A DNA stretch of 64,000 bases from Octopus vulgaris (GCA_951406725.2 OX597818.1:16988001-17052000), one strand, 5' to 3'. Shown: positions 40,692 through 54,430, numbered from the stretch's first letter. The notes: a model not told the origin generated them from the sequence alone. Program-made: numbers and translations.

Positions 40692-41620
40692 CAAGGGCCG
40701 GATTAGAGGATTAGAGGCCCTACACACGTAAAAATTTGGTGCTCCCATACAATTGTAATGAAAAAATAAACAATGATGAACCTGAAAATAACATTTAATT
40801 TATCGAAAATTCAAAATTATATAAAACTACCTGCATGTAAATAGAAAATAAGGATCTTTTCGCTTTGAACGGCAGTTTTTTCTAGCGGTGTCATATAAAA
40901 TTGTCACCTATGATTATGACCCTAGTATCGATCTATTGTATTTCAATCTGTTTTAGGGTTAGGGTTAGGATTAGGGGTGGGGGGAAGGGTATCTTTTTTT
41001 CTTCAGAAATGTAAATAAACCCAATCTGTTTCTTAAACGAGGGACATATTCATACGGCACAGAATGTTTTCACCTCAATAAGACGTCATTGATCGGTTGA
41101 AATTGCAGAAATTGAAGAAAAACAACAACAAATATCTTACAAACTATAGAATCTTCTCAATAAAGCCAAGAGAAAAAGATGTTTTATAAACACATTCTAC
41201 CAGTATACGAAGTTTAAAAGTGTTTAGTTACGTGGAAATCATTTTAAAAAACTGCCGTTCAAACCGAAAAGATGCGAAAATAATATTTATATCTAATGAT
41301 TAAGTTATGTTTTCCTAATTTTCTTCTTAGGAAAGTCTTTGAACAGATCTTCATAATTAATCTTCCTCAACACATCTGCTTCTATTATTAAGAGAGATAA
41401 GGCATCTTGCCTGCCTTGTTGCATTGTTGTCCGTAGAGTGTTCTTGATATATTTCAATCGTGAATATAAACGCTCAGCTGAACAATTTGCGATCATTAGT
41501 GTTAGAAATATACGAAAGGCAATATCTACATTTGGAAAGGCACACTCAATATTGTCTTCTAATGTAACTTCATAGAAATTAAAAGTTTTTTCATGCATCT
41601 TTATGTGTTTGTTTGTTTTT
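40692..41620 (-). mobile_element. hAT (Tip100/ZMYM1-like) 3' remnant
   Basis: FPNVDIAFRIFLTL..NCSAERLYSRLKYIKN.LRTTM is the hAT dimerisation domain. CA(A)GGGCCGGATTA terminus at 40692. Confidence 0.8.
40852..41275. mobile_element. TIR MITE with 8-bp TSD and internal TTAGGG repeats, nested in the hAT remnant
   Basis: TIRs GGATCTTTTCGCTTTGAACGGCAGTTTTT / AAAAACTGCCGTTCAAACCGAAAAGATGC, with direct repeat GAAAATAA at 40844-40851 and 41276-41283. Confidence 0.85.
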
Positions 41621-41688
41621 TTAACCTTTGAAATCGGGACACCTTTCTGTCGAACCCTGTATATTTGTATATATATATAATTATAAGC

Positions 41689-41856
41689 TACAATTATTCA
41701 ATAGTCAAGATAAAACCCTGAGTTTCAGATGCCGATGTGGAAATCCACAACACCATCTCTTCGGTTATATGGCCAGATAACCGAAGAGATGGTGTTGTGG
41801 ATTTCCACATCGGCATCTGAAACTCAGGGTTTTATCTTGACTATTGAATAATTGTA
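41689..41856. repeat. Spacer-less palindrome (84-bp arms, one mismatch)
   Basis: Centre TGG|CCA at 41770-41775; the only mismatch is 41769/41776. Confidence 0.95.
41776..41836 (+). ncRNA. Hammerhead motif, third family (mirror copy on the minus strand at 41709-41769)
   Basis: gataa CCGAAGA GATG-[gtgttgtggatttccacatcgg]-CATC t GAAAC tcagg GTT ttatc: helix I gataa/ttatc. Confidence 0.55.
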
Positions 41857-42190
41857 ACATATTATTTTATAGATAAATTTCCTCTATTTAAATAATATTG
41901 AGGTCTCTTCCTTTCTTTTGTTATCTTACCGTTTTTACCAATATATATATATACATATATGTATAAAAAATATATATAAAAATACAAAATGGGACAAGAA
42001 CGCAAAACACACAAAGAGACGACACAAAAAACGGACGGGTCATTCGAAGCCTCTAATCTTCAGTCAGGAACTGGATCATCCTCGCAATTTCGGCTGATTA
42101 ATCCTGAGATCGCTCCGATCCGGCCAGCCCCAAGGAAAAACTAAGCTACGAGCATTAGATTTCTTGGAAAAAGGATCGAATGTATACGAA

Positions 42191-42246
<56 letters not shown>

Positions 42247-42415
42247 AATATTAGGGAATGAATCCAAAATTACAGGGAAAAATCAGATTTAGGGTTAAAT
42301 CCAATTTTATAGTAAAATATTATATAATATAATTCGAGACAAAACCACTATTTTAAAACCAAACAAGGAAAGACTTAATCAATACATAAAATTTTAATAT
42401 AAATTAAATAAACCG

Positions 42416-42459
42416 CCACTACAAATGTTTCATATCTGCTACCGACAATCTTCAGGTGG
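42416..42459 (-). ncRNA. Hammerhead motif, second family
   Basis: ccac CTGAAGA t TGTC ggtagca GATA t GAAAC attt GTA gtgg: helix I ccac/gtgg, GUA cleavage triplet. Confidence 0.55.
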
Positions 42460-42511
42460 ATTTTCGATCTAAAAATATCAATATTTTAAAATATAATTTA
42501 AAATAATTTAA

Positions 42512-42557
<46 letters not shown>

Positions 42558-42968
42558 TAATAAAATTATCAATGAAAGAATATAAAAAAATAATAAAAAT
42601 ATAATCTATATATAATCTATATATAATCTATATATAATCAATATATAATCTAAAATAATCTAAAATAAACCCTATAAACAATTGAATATAAAAACCTATT
42701 ATAAAAGTTCTCATATTTAAAAATGTACAAAAACCAAAAAACAACAAAAACAAACAAAAAACAAAAAATAAACTATATATACACACACATGCTCATACAC
42801 TCAACACATTACTTATTCATACTTCCTCACACACACATACAACACTCAATTCATAAACAATATACATATACCCGCTCACACATACATATACATACACATA
42901 CATACAGAACACGATATATACCAATATATAAACACCCACACCCATACAGATAAATTTCCTTATCCTAT

Positions 42969-43003
42969 GTTTCTGACGAAGAGCTCCGCTCGAAACGTTA
43001 AAC
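42969..43003 (+). ncRNA. Minimal type-I hammerhead ribozyme motif in a Penelope-type short element
   Basis: gttt CTGACGA a GAGC tcc GCTC GAAAC GTT aaac: helix I gttt/aaac, stem II GAGC/GCTC, palindromic ACGT helix III. Confidence 0.65.
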
Positions 43004-43112
43004 CCTCCTTCTTCCCTTCTTTCCCGAGCGTCCAATAATACTATACTTGTTCCACGTCCTCGCGTTGTGTTTTCTCTTTGTGTTTTCATGTTTGAATTAA
43101 CTATATATATGT

Positions 43113-43193
<81 letters not shown>

Positions 43194-43824
43194 CGTGCGT
43201 GTGTATGTGTACGTGTGCCTTCGTGTCTGTTTTTGTCTCTCACCACCGTTTGATAACCGATGTTAGTTTCTTTACGTCCCCATGTGTTAGCGGATCGGCA
43301 AAAAAAAAAAAAAGAGGTCGATAGAATAATTTTCAGGCTTAAAAATAAGTTGAGTCGTTCGACTAAACCCTTGAGATTGGTGCTCCAGAATGGTCGTTGT
43401 CCAAAGACTGAAACAAATAAAAGATAAATATATTAATACCGAGCAAGGTTATAATCTCCTCACATGTATGTGAAAACCTTTAACCTAAATATACACACAC
43501 TCTATATGTCCACTGAAGGCATAAGTGAGAGAAACAAGTCAGTATAGACGAATAGTATGTTTCTCTTTTTTTCCCCCTCTCTCTGATTGCTTTCCATTAG
43601 TGGAACTTACGTATTCTTTATGTTTGCGTGAATCTGTTTTAAGGCTGACGTATTTGCTCAAAACTACAAAACAAACGAATTAATATGTCTTTGGCGACAT
43701 TCACATGTAAACATTGATGACATCGTAAAAAGTTGTTTTGATATTTTGAAGGTCTATAGTGAGTGGTCGAGACACCCTGTCGCTGAAAAACAGATTACTA
43801 CACCCAGACACACACACAAACACA

Positions 43825-43856
<32 letters not shown>

Positions 43857-43863
43857 ATACACA

Positions 43864-43983
<120 letters not shown>

Positions 43984-44267
43984 GCTTAAATATGTTACGA
44001 AAAGAAAATATAAAATACACGTGGAAATGTAAGGGTAAAATATGAAAAATCAACGAAAATGCATATTGCAAATAGAAAAAGGCTATTTATGCCAGGTAAC
44101 GACAAATATATACATTTAGATTGACTGAGGTAGTAATACGAGTCATAAAAGTCATTATTATGAGATGATTATAAGATGATAATACAGTAAGAGAACAAAA
44201 CGAACCAATTGGTTTACGCGTAGGCTATTCATCGTTTGAACAACACCGGTTAAACAACACGTAAACA

Positions 44268-44317
<50 letters not shown>

Positions 44318-44873
44318 TGATCTAAATTAATAGGTACGTTGTATAAGTGCGATAATTGGGCAACCGTTAGGTTCCAAGTTCACAGCTGAGGTTGGAGCTA
44401 GGGATCCGTAGTAGGCTTCCGAGTTAGCATGTATATATTGGAGGAAAAAGGACAACAAAACCTAGGCAGGACGAGTATCTCAAGTCATGTAGAATACTTA
44501 ATTAGAGTAAGGTGAATCTGAAGTAATTAATTGGTTAATTAATTAATCAATAAATTAATTATTGGATGTCTTACAGCTGTTTCTGGGATATTCCAAGTGA
44601 TAGACTGTGGCTATGCTGGGGTACCGCCATGTATTTTTAGTCGAGTGAATCGACCCCGGTGCTTCTTTTTGAAGCCCAGTACTTATTTTATCGGTCTCTT
44701 TTACCGAGCCGCTACTTTACGGGGATGCAGACACACCAACACCGGTTGTCAAGCGGTGATGAGGTGGACAATCACCGCCACAAAGACACACACATACACA
44801 CACAAGTATATATACATACATATATATAATGTTTGTATGTATGCATATATCTATTTATATATATATGTATATG

Positions 44874-44942
<69 letters not shown>

Positions 44943-45379
44943 AAATGAATAGTAGCATATGATGGATAATTGTCATTTCATTACAGCATTTCCTTATGTA
45001 ACTTTTTATATGTATATATATTCATAATGATAATGTTTACAGTTACTTTAATGAGTTTCGAGCTTTTCGATAGCCGTTTTCAAACTCTTTTCTTTATTAA
45101 CCAAAGAGGTAAAAAAATAGAGTGGGTGATACAAGGACAGACAAGGGGTCGGTGGACAAATGGAACAACATGAAGATACACTTAATTATAAAATCGATGA
45201 TAAATAAGTATAAAAATTGAATGAAAAAACAAACAATGAATGGAAAAACAATTATGAAGAGAAGCACGTCGCCGACCTCTCTTTATTTTCTCGCTCAAAC
45301 AGGTTCATTCAATCCCAACACTCTTGCTACATCGTCCATCTTTTCCGAAATATTCCGAGCAACAGGCATCTCCTCTCCA

Positions 45380-46928
45380 TCCTTATTTTCCTATGTATTA
45401 AAAGGCAATTTATCTGTCTGTGTGTTGTGTGAACTACTTCTACTCCTATAATTTTCAACCGAATTTCACCAAATTTGACGTGTGTTCTCTTTGACTTAGG
45501 ACGCTTTTTCTTATAATTTTCTCTTCGAAATTCCGCACCCGCAACATAAATAGACTACTCTCAATTCGCCTAGGATTTAGCTTGAGCCAGCTTAAAAACG
45601 TGACACACACCAGGCTGAAAAAAATCAATACCTTACTTTGTCAGATGTAGCGATCTCTTATCGACTGCTTGCACAGTACTGCCAGCAGTGTTCATTTGCG
45701 AGTTACGATTTGCCTGTTTTCACGTGAGCGCTCTTTTTCATATAATTATTCCAACTTAAACTAGCCACTTTAAAACTCTTACCCAAAATTAAAAATCCTT
45801 AATTCGGTCTGTTTGATTAACATTTTTGCCAACTATATTTTACTATTTTTTGGGTGCTAAGCATTCACCGCTTTTTCCTTAGGACTTTTTCTATTGCGTA
45901 AACTGATAATTTTCCACATTGCCTCGACGCAAAAGATCCAATATAGGTCGGCAAACAAATGCTGCAAAGAAAAGTAAACGTCTGTGTGCGTGCAAGTGAA
46001 TCTGCCGAGGACGCCGCCAGGAGGAACTCTCTCAGTGCACTTAGGATGGCTTCAGTGCGAAGAAGGGAAAGTGAAGAGTAGCGTTGTGATCGGTTGGCAT
46101 GTATTGCTGCACAACGAGCAACGTTCAGCACGCCGAACAAGAAATGCTTCCTCTACAGCTGCTGCACGAGCTTCAGAGACTGTAGTACAACGCGCAGATC
46201 GACTTACAGGAAATGCTTCCTCAACAGCTGTTGCACGAGCTGCAGAGACTGCAGCACAACGCGTAGATCGACTTACAAGAAATGCTTCCTCACGATCTGC
46301 AGACACTGCAGCACAACTGTTCGACTTATAAGAGATGCTGCATCAACTGCTGCTACGTGCGCTACGGAGTCTACAGAGGAAAGATAACAAAGACTGGCGG
46401 CTACAACTCAGCGAAGGGCTATACGACGTTCCTACTCAAAGCCATGCTCTTTGCATTGGTCAATGACAGCATTCAACTACGATCCTACAATTGACTACAG
46501 TAATCACCCTGACGTTCAAATTGGCTGCATGTCCACAATCTGCCAATTTTGCCGAGCTAAAAACTGGCCTGGAGAAACTCTCGGCCTGTGCTGCTCCAAC
46601 GGTAAGATTACGTTACCTCTTCTACAAGATCCTCCACCCCTTTTGACTGATCTTTTGACAGGGGCGTCTCCTTATTCTCATGACTTTCTCAAGCGGATAC
46701 GTGCCTACAACTGCGCATTCCACATGACTTCCTTCGGCGCCAACATCATACGAGATTGGCATTTCATGCCTTCCTTTAAAGTGCAGAAGCATATTTACCA
46801 TAGAATTGGTTCCCTGCAGCCGCATGACGCTGCCTCACCTCAGTTTCTTCAGCTCTACTTCGTGGGAAACTACGCTGCCCAGGCATACTTAACAAACAGG
46901 CCCGGGCAACGCCGGATAAGCCTGCTAG
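45380..46928 (+). mobile_element. Internally deleted Helitron (5' end, STPR-like repeats, zinc finger/Rep N-terminus, 3' hairpin plus CTAG)
   Basis: A|TC 5' end; CQFCRAKNWPGE..GLCCSNGK, IRAYN.AF.MTSFG, IYHRIGSL, QLYF; 3' CCCGGGCAACGCCGG hairpin then CTAG|T. Confidence 0.88.
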
Positions 46929-47620
46929 TTATATAAAAGTCAATGTCTTTATGTGTATTCGTTTGTTACATATAAACTCGAAAACTACAGGACCGATCCT
47001 AATGAAATTTGGAACACAAAATCCAAGCCTAGGGAGAAGGGTAATGCCGAATGTTTCATACAATTTTGAGGGGGCATAAAGTGGGGTAGAAACCCCCCAT
47101 GAAAATTCATATGCTTCGAATTTTGATGAAATTTGAACCATAAGTATTAGAAATAAATTTTAAAATATACCCCAAATTTCCATTTGTTTTGATGATTCTA
47201 AGACCCCCTAAGTAGGGCTTACCCCCCACCCCCCTGAAAATTCATAAATTTCCAATGTGATGAAATTTCAATCATAGGTAGTTGACACAAATCAAGAAAT
47301 ATTACCATGGTTTCCGTTTCTCATGAGCAATTGTAAGAACCCCCAAATTTTGATCATATTTTATGATCCAAAACAAGGCCAAAAGTACTGAATGGATCTT
47401 TATGAAATTTAGAAATTATATTCTATGCATAAAGACAGATGTAATGCAGTATATGTTTGAAAATGGAGGGGCATAAATGAGGCCGTAACCCCCATGAAAA
47501 TTCATATAGTTTAGCTGTTGATGAAATTTTAACCATAGATATTAGACACAAATGGAGTAATATTCCTAAAATTTCAGCTTCTTAGGAGTCAGTAAGATCT
47601 CTTAATGGGGTTTAACCCCC
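46929..47620 (+). mobile_element. Second, non-autonomous Helitron-like element abutting the first
   Basis: TATATAAAAG...GGACCGATC..ATGAAATTTGG 5'-type motif and repeated GAAAATTCATA...GATGAAATTT..AACCATA subunits. Confidence 0.55.
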
Positions 47621-47624
47621 ACGA

Positions 47625-48300
47625 TTTAGTCATTTTTCCCAAGCCAAGACGAATACAATTGTAGTCTTGGAAGCTGTAGAGTCACCCGAGGATACAAGAT
47701 GAGCGTCATTTGTAATTCAATGTTACAACAGTGTAAGAGTTGGCTTTGAGATATACGCAGATTGTGATTTCTACAATCTGGTGCATAAATTGTCAAGTAA
47801 AGAAGAGGCATCTTTGCCTCCACTGATTCAGTTGCAAAGTATTATTTTGAGTAGAGTTATTTTGTTGCAGACCTCATTTCAGTCTTTTTATTATCACTGG
47901 GTCAGAGATAGTCCCCAGATGGTAACATTGATTTCAAAGCCTTTCCAGATATGTGATTGGTCATTTAAAGAGATTTATAGATTGCAAATTTATTCTGTTC
48001 AGTTACCTATCGGCATAGTGATCATTGGCACTCCAGAGGTGACACTTTCATTTCCCCTTAGCCCTCACGTCACACAATTGTTAATGTTTGAGTTGGGTTA
48101 CGCCCTTCCAGTTGATATAGATCCGTAATGCATCTTACTGCTGTGCCAGTCACATGTATGGTAGGAAGGAGGCAGGATATTTGATCGCAGTACCTTACAA
48201 CCATATCTTGTTTATAGAAATCACGCAGATTGTAGTTTAACGTTTGTTACTAGGCTGTTCTAAATTCATGGAAATACTGCTTATAATTTAAAGCTTTGTT
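47625..48300 (-). mobile_element. Highly degenerate Helitron PIF1-helicase fragment
   Basis: Remnants resembling LAVASSGIA..LEGGRTAH and LTTNMR across frameshifts. Confidence 0.45.
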
Positions 48301-48525
48301 ATCAAACTTTTGAAAATAGTGACCCTGATAGGTGACGTGTTGGGCGGAGATGAATAACCGAGATGGGGGATAGAATGACGGGCGGAATTTGATAAGTTCA
48401 GAATTTAAGGTTTACTTACTCGTTATTTCATTAAAGGCTGCTGTTTTGCCTGTGCAGACTTAATCATAAGTGGAATATATATATATACACACATACATAC
48501 ATACATACATACATACATACATACA

Positions 48526-48559
<34 letters not shown>

Positions 48560-48569
48560 CATACATACA

Positions 48570-48629
<60 letters not shown>

Positions 48630-48789
48630 GTATATTATATACTATGCCATTTATTTCAGTTAGCTGCTATATATTTTATTACATTAATTAAGAAAATAAT
48701 TATTTAATAAATAATTAAATAAATTAAATTAATAAAATATGAAGTACGCCATAATGATTTAATAAACTTGTATAATTTTAATTTATAAA

Positions 48790-49676
48790 TACCTTGCAAG
48801 ATGCTCCACGAGCTGTTTATGGCTGCCCAAGATCATCCTGGCCAGGGTGCGGCGGCACATCGACATCTTGCTGGGGTTCAACGTCTTGATTAGGCCGACA
48901 AATGTGGTGGTGGTGGTGGTGGTGGGAAATTCCACTACATGCCCCAGTAGCGTTGTCGACAAACATGTCTACAATCCTATTCACTATAGACTGATGGACG
49001 CCAGTGCCAGCAGTTTGGGCAAACGCCTCGCCAATGCTGGACTGTGCACAGGGATGCGACGACTGGCTACTGGCACTGCTACCGGAAGATTGCCTGTGGT
49101 CCCACGGAAGGGCCGGTCTTAATTCTCTCCTCAAATTGGTTGGTATGCGCTGGGTGTTTTCTCTTAACTTGTGACATGTTGTAGAGGCTCGCCGCTTCTC
49201 CCTTGATGGCTGTCTCCTTGGGCTGGCACGTGATGCACCGGAAGTACAAGATTTTGGAGTTCCTCTTATCTATTGACATAAGGACAAAGTAGTCTTCCAG
49301 GTGGGGCCACGGGTTCTGAGACTCTTGACATTGTAAGACTGTCTGTGATATGACAACGTCGCAAGTGGACACAACACAAAACTGCAGAATTACACAATGT
49401 TACTCAGCTAGCAGCTGCTGCGTCGTGCAGTCACGTCTTGTCGCGTGTACACGTTGTCAGCCAATAGCGTACCTGACGGACTCTTCGAAGAATCCCACAG
49501 GAGACATGAACAAACTTATGAATTTTGTTAGCAAACTTAAAGTTAGCGGAACTAAATTTAGCGGAAGCTAAATGGTCCGCTGATAGTTTCTTAAGTTAGC
49601 GAAAACGCTAATCTGCTAAACGATAAGTTAGTTTCGCTAATTAGCTGGTAGCGGATTAGCGGAACCGCGCCCACCA

Positions 49677-49679
<3 letters not shown>
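48790..49679 (-). mobile_element. hAT-Ac-type 5' portion with BED zinc finger
   Basis: Terminus CAGTGGTGGGCGCGG with subterminal CGCTA repeats. PWPHLEDYF...CITC...H BED finger followed by a degenerate hAT N-terminal region. Confidence 0.8.
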
Positions 49680-49725
<46 letters not shown>

Positions 49726-49804
49726 CCAGCATGGCCTCAGCCGGATGGCTGAAACAAGTAAAAGAGTATATATATATATAGAATTATATATATATATATA
49801 TATA

Positions 49805-50065
49805 TATGAGATGTGTTTTCCTGAAGGTCTGAGCCTTTTTTTATGAGAGATATTTATTAATTTCAAAAAAGTACAAAACTTTAATCTCCTTCAAAGAAAG
49901 ATCAGTGCATTTGTTGTTGCGCTTCAGTCACTTCGTCAAGGACCCATGGAAGTCGTCTAAAGTGAAGATATCTCCAAGATCCTTGTCACAGCCTTCAAAA
50001 TGATTGCCCCTGAGGTTCTCCTTCAACTTGAGAAACAAATAAAAGTCACAGGAAGAAAGGTCAGT
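49805..50065 (-). mobile_element. Mariner transposase C-terminal fragment
   Basis: Minus strand reads DLSSCDFYLFLKLKENLRGNHF. Confidence 0.6.
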
Positions 50066-51711
50066 ATACATACCAGCCCGTCTGGATCAAAGTATGATTG
50101 AACTCGGGGTCTTGAGGAGAGGACTCAACTCGTTAATTCATACACAACAAATGATCACGAAATCTGGCATTATACATGATTTAAAGGATGATGAACGAAA
50201 CGACGCTTTCTATGGCTGTCATTTCGGACACTACTAAATTGGATAATCGTTGCACAGATAACATTGTTTTTATGCTTAATCTTGGGATTTCCAAACTGCG
50301 TGGTATGACCCCAAAGTGTTTCTCCAAAAAATTCTAGGAACATCATGAAAAAAAGTAAACCCTAAAAAACTTTTGCTGAAAACAGACCAGCAGAATCTAT
50401 AGAGCTTCATGTGTCTTCCGTAGACGTTGCCTTAGAATAATTCCATAACAAAATTTTTTTCGCGCAACCGCATCACGACTGAAGAAATCATTGAAAGGGA
50501 TTGGCTGAGAAATCTACGGAATCACCGTGACATTGTTGACAATACCGGTCCATATACTATACATGACCATGAAGTGACCAGTGAGATCGTCTCTCAGGTG
50601 GAAGATAGGGAAGGAACATAGCAAGCGAGGCAGACTTGTTCAGACCTGGTTGAAGTGTGTGGAGGAGGGCCTAGCAGATATTGGGCCTAACCAGCGAAGA
50701 AACTCGTGATACACATTGCGTTCGTGCTGGGCGGTGATCTCTCGTTACTCGATGCTCTATGGAGAGCGGGAAGAAATCAGACGAAAACTAAGATATTTAC
50801 AAATATTTAGAGGTGAAGTATATTTATTTGCACGCTGCCAAAACTCTCTGTACAATTTGATATAAGACTGGTGACACGTGATATTATATCAAGGTGATGA
50901 TGTGCTGGATCTTGATAATGTACCTTTACGTCTTCCTAGTTTCTCAATTTATATCTTGTTTATTCATCTAAGAACAATAAAATAAGTAGCATAGGTCATA
51001 AAATGAGCTCTAGTCAAATAAGCTGCCTCTTTACAATGGCAGAGGTTGAAACCAAACAAGCTTGAGAAGTGTTTGTGTTATATTTCACGTCTGTCTATTT
51101 GTCGGTATCTCTCTCTCTGTCTCTCTGTCTAGGTCTCTGTCTGTCTATCTCTCTCCCCCCACTCTCTCTCATCTTAATGTCCCCACTGTCAAACCGTATT
51201 TAGTACTTGAGAGTTATTTCCCCTTAAAAACTCTGCCTTTCCATCTCATTAATTATTTCCCTTCAACAATCTACTTATATATTTTTCCTTCTTCATTCAT
51301 TCAGCTACTAAGTAGTGAGATTAGGTGGTCCAATAATTTACGAAACGCTAAACACTAGCATATCAGTGATTCATATACTGACATGGAATTCTACAATATC
51401 CATGGTCCAAGATACTTAACTGCCAACAGTATAATCTGCCTTGCCACAGTATATCATTCTTAACTGTAGTGTGTCCACACACGCAACCATTAGCTGTCAA
51501 CATCCCAGTCCGCTTAACTGCAATCAGATACAGTATTGTTACAGCATGCTGCTTCTCTCAAATCAAGAGACTGTATGGAAGGTCATGGGTTTCCGGTGAT
51601 AGCCACAGCAGAGACAACTAAGTGTGGTTAAAGCACAGCCGTTGCTGCTCTTCTGCACTTTATATCTGAGTTATTTTTTTCTCTCTGCATGTTTAAGAAG
51701 CTTTGCTCATT

Positions 51712-51776
<65 letters not shown>

Positions 51777-51855
51777 CAACATGTGATCTCTTGAGCACCA
51801 CCAGCAAAAATATTTTTTCCTCTGTCTTCCCTTCTTGGGATCTTTCCTTCTCCTT

Positions 51856-51890
51856 GTTTCCGACGAAGAGCTCCGCTCGAAACGTTAAAC
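51856..51890 (+). ncRNA. Minimal hammerhead motif, same family, CCGACGA (U4C) variant
   Basis: gttt CCGACGA a GAGC tcc GCTC GAAAC GTT aaac. Confidence 0.55.
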
Positions 51891-52729
51891 CCTCCTTCCC
51901 TTCTTTCCTGAGCGTCAAATAATACTTTAATTGTTCCACGTCCTCGGTTGCTGTGTTTTTTTCTGTGTTTTTTTCTGTGTTTTCTTGTTTGGATTAACTT
52001 TATATATATATATATATATTGTTGTGTCTGGAGAGATTCATTCTCTTTTTAGTGCCTTATAATTTAACACACTCATCACCAGTAAAATTTTCACTCATTT
52101 CTTTATTTATTTTTCTAAAATTTTCGTAGCGTCTTGCAACCTTTTCAATAGACGTTGACTCTGTCCGTTCTTTTTGTTTGTTTGTGCGCATGTGTGTGGG
52201 TCAGTGTGTGTGCGCATACACATGCATGCATGTAAGTGTGTGTATGCATGTATGTATGTGTGTACGTTTGTATGTATGTATTCTGCATATTCATGTGTTT
52301 GTGTGTTCGTGTTTGTGTGATTTTATATGTGTGTGTCTTTGCATATGTGTGTGTGTGCATGTCTGAGTGTGTGTGTGTGTATTGGTTTTTGTGACTATGT
52401 ACTGTACCTGTATGTATGGATGTGTATCTCCATAAGTGTGGACGTGTGTCTCCATATATGTCCTTGTGTGAATATGCTCATGTATTTCAGTTTTCATTTG
52501 CGTATGTGTGTGTACGTGTGCTTGTCTGTTCAAATTACCTATGTACCTATCCGTCAGTATGTCTATCTGTTTACTTTCATATTCATTTGCCTACATACAT
52601 ATGCATATACATATACATATATGCACACACACACATACATTCATATTCATAACAGCCTACTAACTATTTTATTTGTATATAAATATAAACTGTGGGTATG
52701 GGTATGATTATCTACTACATATATTTCCT

Positions 52730-54430
52730 ATTTAGTACTGGGGATGTTTCATTTATGAGGACGTACTCTTGTATTTGCCTGAGTGTTGGGTCCTTTGGGT
52801 GCTTGGATAAAATTCGGATGTAAAGTTGACCCAAGTTGCTTCCATGTTGATCCATGGCATGTTGGTAGAGCATGGAGGACTGTTTTTGCCGTTATATTGT
52901 CTTAAATGTTCGTTTAGTCTTTCCGCAATGCTCCTGGATGTCTTCCCAATGTAGTCATGTTCATGTCTTTACAAGCACCTTCTATGCAGCTTATGCTGTA
53001 GACTACATTTCTAGTTCTATAGTTAATGTCAGGGATAATTCTACATACCATGTAGTTATCATTGGTACATATGGTATTCTCAAAGGGGCACGTCCTACAT
53101 AGTTGTGATCTGATGGAGTTCCCTGGCTTTTCAGCAATCTTACTGTCGAGTTTGGTCTCCTTCAGAGTTTTCCTAAATCTATGGGCTAGTTCTCCATGGG
53201 CTGTGGCCTCTACAAACATCATGTCGGTTTTATACCACATGTTCACCCTGTCTGCTTTGTCACAAGATCTTTGTATCCTATTCCAATTTATATCTAGGGC
53301 AGGTACCACTGGCTTCATTACATATAATGTTATCTAACGTCTTTCTAGCACCCCTGTATACTCGAACCCTATCTTTCTGATCATATCCCGAGAATTGCAT
53401 GCGGTGCATGAAGTTATTAACATGTTTCTTCGTTTCATAGGGTTTGCACCTTAGGAACACGTTGTTAATTATGCTAACTAAGTCTGCTATCAGTATGTTA
53501 ATTTTCATGCTGTGTGACAAAGCTGAGTTCTTGTGAGCAACATATTTCGAAGCCAAGGGTTTCATGTAATAGGAATGGAGGAGCTGCACTCTGTTCACAG
53601 TCTCTAACCAAAGTTCAGTATCAAGGACGAGTCTATTGTTAGGGTGCATAGTGAGGTAATCTATAGTTACCTTGATACTTTGGTGGATGGAGTTAGCTAC
53701 TTGCTAGATGCTCTCCATTATGTTCCTCTCAGTTTCTACATCACCGCTACTAGAGTTGGTTTTAACTAGGATATTAATGTCATCTGCATACCTACTATAA
53801 AGTAGAAAAGTTGTGGACTGTTCTGCAGTGGATTGCTTACGTTTTCTATCCCACCAGGTCATGAAGAGGCCGGCCACATCTCCAGCTATACCGACACCAA
53901 TGGCTGCACCTTGAACCTGCAAGTATAGTTTCTTATTAAACTTTACTATGTGACTCTTCAAGGTGGTTCTTGTGCTAGCCCCTGTTGCATGTGCATTCAT
54001 TCCTTTCACCTGATTGTTGTTCTCAGGGTGGGTACAGTCCAGCCACTCCAGCGCCCTGTAGTGCTTTTCTTCACTGCTGAGGTGATGGTGGGTGGTCTTC
54101 CCCTCTGCGACCCGGTGGGGAAGAATTTATGTTCGTCTAAACTGTCACTGTCGTAGCTTAGACTAAGGAGGGGGCCCAGTTCCCTCGTGTTGACTTCACG
54201 GAACACTACTTCACTCTCACAGATTACCTCAATGCTTTTCTCCACAGCAAAATCTATGTCTATAGAAGGGTAGTGTTAAATCACATCCATACTACCCACT
54301 ACACAACCTGTGAGGTTGTTGGAGTAGTTGCAAATACTAATTTTACTGAGGAGATCTTCCGTGCTCACACAGAACTCTGGGGACATTTCTATGAGAGATC
54401 GTAATACCTGTGAGAAGAAGTAGGACAGTC
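52730..54430 (-). mobile_element. Decayed Penelope-like element (RT plus GIY-YIG endonuclease)
   Basis: Successive broken ORFs: FNKKLYLQVQGAAIG, YSRYADDI, LDTELW, YYMKP, FSGY, then a Cys-rich linker and RNVVYSISC (GIY-YIG start). Confidence 0.85.

Noticed and set aside
42045-42110. Permuted (type II) hammerhead, GAAA before CTGAAGA (also 59800-59850)
   Set aside because: I could not form helices I and III; more likely decayed tandem motifs.
46451-46936. Host gene or domesticated Helitron protein
   Set aside because: Upstream stops and frameshifts, no Rep catalytic motifs, and the ORF runs directly into the Helitron 3' terminus.
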